From Planctomycetaceae bacterium (lineage in GTDB: Bacteria; Planctomycetota; UBA1135; GCA-002686595): a stretch of DNA of 56,356 bases. Made by a program: the position numbers and the translations under genes. Location: positions 1 through 56,356 of the forward strand of contig JBJHAV010000001.1 of NCBI GenBank assembly GCA_050480685.1, written 5' to 3'. The first letter of the stretch is position 1. The number at the start of each line of letters is the position of its first letter. This document shows, one piece after another, positions 55,052-56,356 of this stretch. The notes beneath the pieces are model-generated. The model saw only the letters and a program-made list of their open reading frames with translations, did not search any database and had not been told where the DNA came from.

Positions 55052-55717
55052 ATGGACGAACCGCTGCTCTCCGCTGTCGAAATGGAACCCAAGGGCCCCG
55101 TGCGCGGCGCCGTGATCTGGCTGCATGGGCTGGGCGCGGACGGCCACGACTTCGAGCCCGTGATGCCGATGCTCGGCCTCTTGGAGCGCGGCGTGCGCTG
55201 CATCTTGCCCCACGCACCGTCGATCCCGGTGACGATCAACGGCGGCTGGATCATGCCCGCCTGGTACGACATCCGCAGTCTCGACTTCGACGACCGCGGA
55301 GACGCCCAGGGCATCCTGCTCTCCACCCGCCGCATCGAGGCCCTGTTGGCGCGCGAGCGCGAGCGCGGCGTGCCGGCCGAACGCATCGTGCTCGCGGGCT
55401 TCAGCCAGGGCGGCGCCATCGCCGTTCATACGGCCCTGCGCCACGGGGAGCGCCTGGGGGCGGTGGTGGCCCTCTCCACCTACCTGGTGCGCGGCAAGGA
55501 ACTGCCGGCCGAAGCCGCACCGGAAAACCGCGGGCTGCCGATCTTCCAGGGCCACGGCACCCAGGATCCGATGGTGCCGATCGCGGCGGGCCGCGCGCTC
55601 GCGGACACACTGCGGGCCCAGGGACACGAGGTCACCTGGCGCGAGTACCCCATCCAGCACGCGGTCTCACCGGAGGAAATCGCCGATGTGGCGGAGTTCC
55701 TCGGCGGTGTCCTCTAG
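55052..55717 (+). CDS. Carboxylesterase/phospholipase-family alpha/beta hydrolase
   Basis: VIWLHGLGADGHDF, GFSQGGA nucleophile elbow and FQGHGTQDPMVP. ATG at 55052. Confidence 0.85.
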   Translation: MDEPLLSAVEMEPKGPVRGAVIWLHGLGADGHDFEPVMPMLGLLERGVRCILPHAPSIPVTINGGWIMPAWYDIRSLDFDDRGDAQGILLSTRRIEALLARERERGVPAERIVLAGFSQGGAIAVHTALRHGERLGAVVALSTYLVRGKELPAEAAPENRGLPIFQGHGTQDPMVPIAAGRALADTLRAQGHEVTWREYPIQHAVSPEEIADVAEFLGGVL

Positions 55718-55753
55718 TGTCCTGCGGCGTCCTTCTCCGGATGCGCCACCGAA

Positions 55754-55790
55754 ACGACGCCTACCTACACGACGCCTACCTACACGACGG
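55754..55790. repeat. Tandem 15-bp direct repeat, about 2.5 copies of ACGACGCCTACCTAC
   Basis: Read directly at 55754-55768, 55769-55783 and a partial copy at 55784-55790, in the convergent spacer between the esterase gene and rpmG. Confidence 0.7.
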
Positions 55791-55852
55791 CCCGGCGCGT
55801 TAGGCACGCGGCGGATCCTTCTGGCCGCGCGCGCCAGGCACGCGGCGGCCGG

Positions 55853-56011
55853 CTAGAGCTTGCGCTCCTTGTGGTCCGTGTGGGACCGGCAGAAGGGGCA
55901 GTACTTCTTCTTCTCGAGCTTGTACGCCGCCTTCTGGCGCTTGTGGGTGGTGTAGTTGCGGTTCTTGCACTCACCGCAGACCAGGAACACGAAACGCTCT
56001 TTGATCTTCAC
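55853..56011 (-). CDS. rpmG: 50S ribosomal protein L33 (Cys4 zinc-ribbon form)
   Basis: Not in the ORF track because it is under 60 aa. Reverse strand GTG at 56011, then [51 protein letters not shown] and TAG. AAGGAA lies upstream. Immediately downstream of rpmB. Confidence 0.85.
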   Translation of the reverse strand: MKIKERFVFLVCGECKNRNYTTHKRQKAAYKLEKKKYCPFCRSHTDHKERKL

Positions 56012-56034
56012 GGGGGTTCCTTGCGGTTAGGTGC

Positions 56035-56319
56035 TCAGGAGCGGTTGCGGACGGCTTTGACCAGGGGGAAGCGCAGGGTCTTGCCACCGCGCTCCAACTC
56101 CACCACGCCGGTTTTGATGACCTTCGTGCACACGCGGATGCGCTCGACCGTGCCGTCCGGCATGACGATGCGGATCTTCTGCACATTCGGCTTGAAGGTG
56201 CGCTTGGTGTGACCGGTGGTCTTGATGCCGACCCCACCCTTGGCTTTGGCGAGACCGCGGCGGGCGATGCTGCCGCCCGAGCGGGTGCGCTTTCCGGTGA
56301 CCTGGCAGACGCGGGCCAT
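56035..56319 (-). CDS. rpmB: 50S ribosomal protein L28
   Basis: MARVCQVTGKRTRSGGSIARRGLAKAKGGVGIKTTGHTKRTFKPNVQK is canonical L28. Confidence 0.9.
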   Translation of the reverse strand: MARVCQVTGKRTRSGGSIARRGLAKAKGGVGIKTTGHTKRTFKPNVQKIRIVMPDGTVERIRVCTKVIKTGVVELERGGKTLRFPLVKAVRNRS

Positions 56320-56356
56320 GACAATCGATCCTGTGGCTGAAGGCTGGGGTAACGGC

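Noticed and set aside
55780-55974. 64-aa minus-strand ORF in the rpmG region
   Set aside because: Arg/Ser/Thr/Pro junk. A different frame encodes a textbook L33 (55853-56011) that the 60-aa cutoff hid.
1-56356. Scan for CRISPR arrays, tRNA/rRNA genes, transposases/integrases, toxin-antitoxin or classical defence genes
   Set aside because: I found no regularly spaced direct repeats, no tRNA-like T-arm or anticodon architecture, and no DDE, tyrosine or serine recombinase motifs. The lone UvrD-type helicase has full housekeeping motifs and no nuclease or defence partner.

Overview
GC-rich bacterial chromosomal window (by eye, not computed), densely coding, with no tRNA, rRNA, CRISPR array or transposase that I could recognise. 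The off-frame and antisense ORFs are mostly Arg/Pro/Ala/Gly-rich artefacts of the GC content. About 45 genes are supportable.

Left to right:
- A sugar epimerase 5' end, then an odd in-frame chimera of a glycogen-debranching N-terminus and a WecA/MraY-type C-terminus.
- A tightly packed four-gene amidoligase cassette: C39-like Cys peptidase, RimK-type ATP-grasp, GCS2 ligase, N-formylglutamate-amidohydrolase-like.
- An ArsR/SmtB alpha5-site metal sensor plus a cytoplasmic protein that is about 24% His.
- An M28 peptidase, then a small polysaccharide cluster (ATP-grasp, GT4, two GT2).
- A ~15 kb, nine-gene minus-strand block, the most unusual locus. It combines System II cytochrome c maturation (ResB/CcsA), a ferredoxin-flavoprotein-membrane fusion carrying two in-register bis-His helix pairs, cytochromes with 23, 7 and 11 CxxCH motifs, and a putative beta-barrel. 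I read it as a self-contained cytoplasm-to-surface electron conduit.
- An AlkC-like HEAT protein and several large secreted proteins, one frameshifted at a homopolymer.
- A MacB-type ABC transporter with a His-rich lipoprotein, three tandem DUF3299-like paralogues and a HEAT protein.
- PPK2 and DoxX.
- A receptor Ser/Thr kinase with an FGE/SUMF1 ectodomain coupled to an ECF sigma factor.
- Housekeeping genes: class II GATase, NagB-family protein, UvrD-type helicase, esterase, rpmB-rpmG.

The kinase and sigma types suggest a Planctomycetota-like or related lineage. That is inference only.
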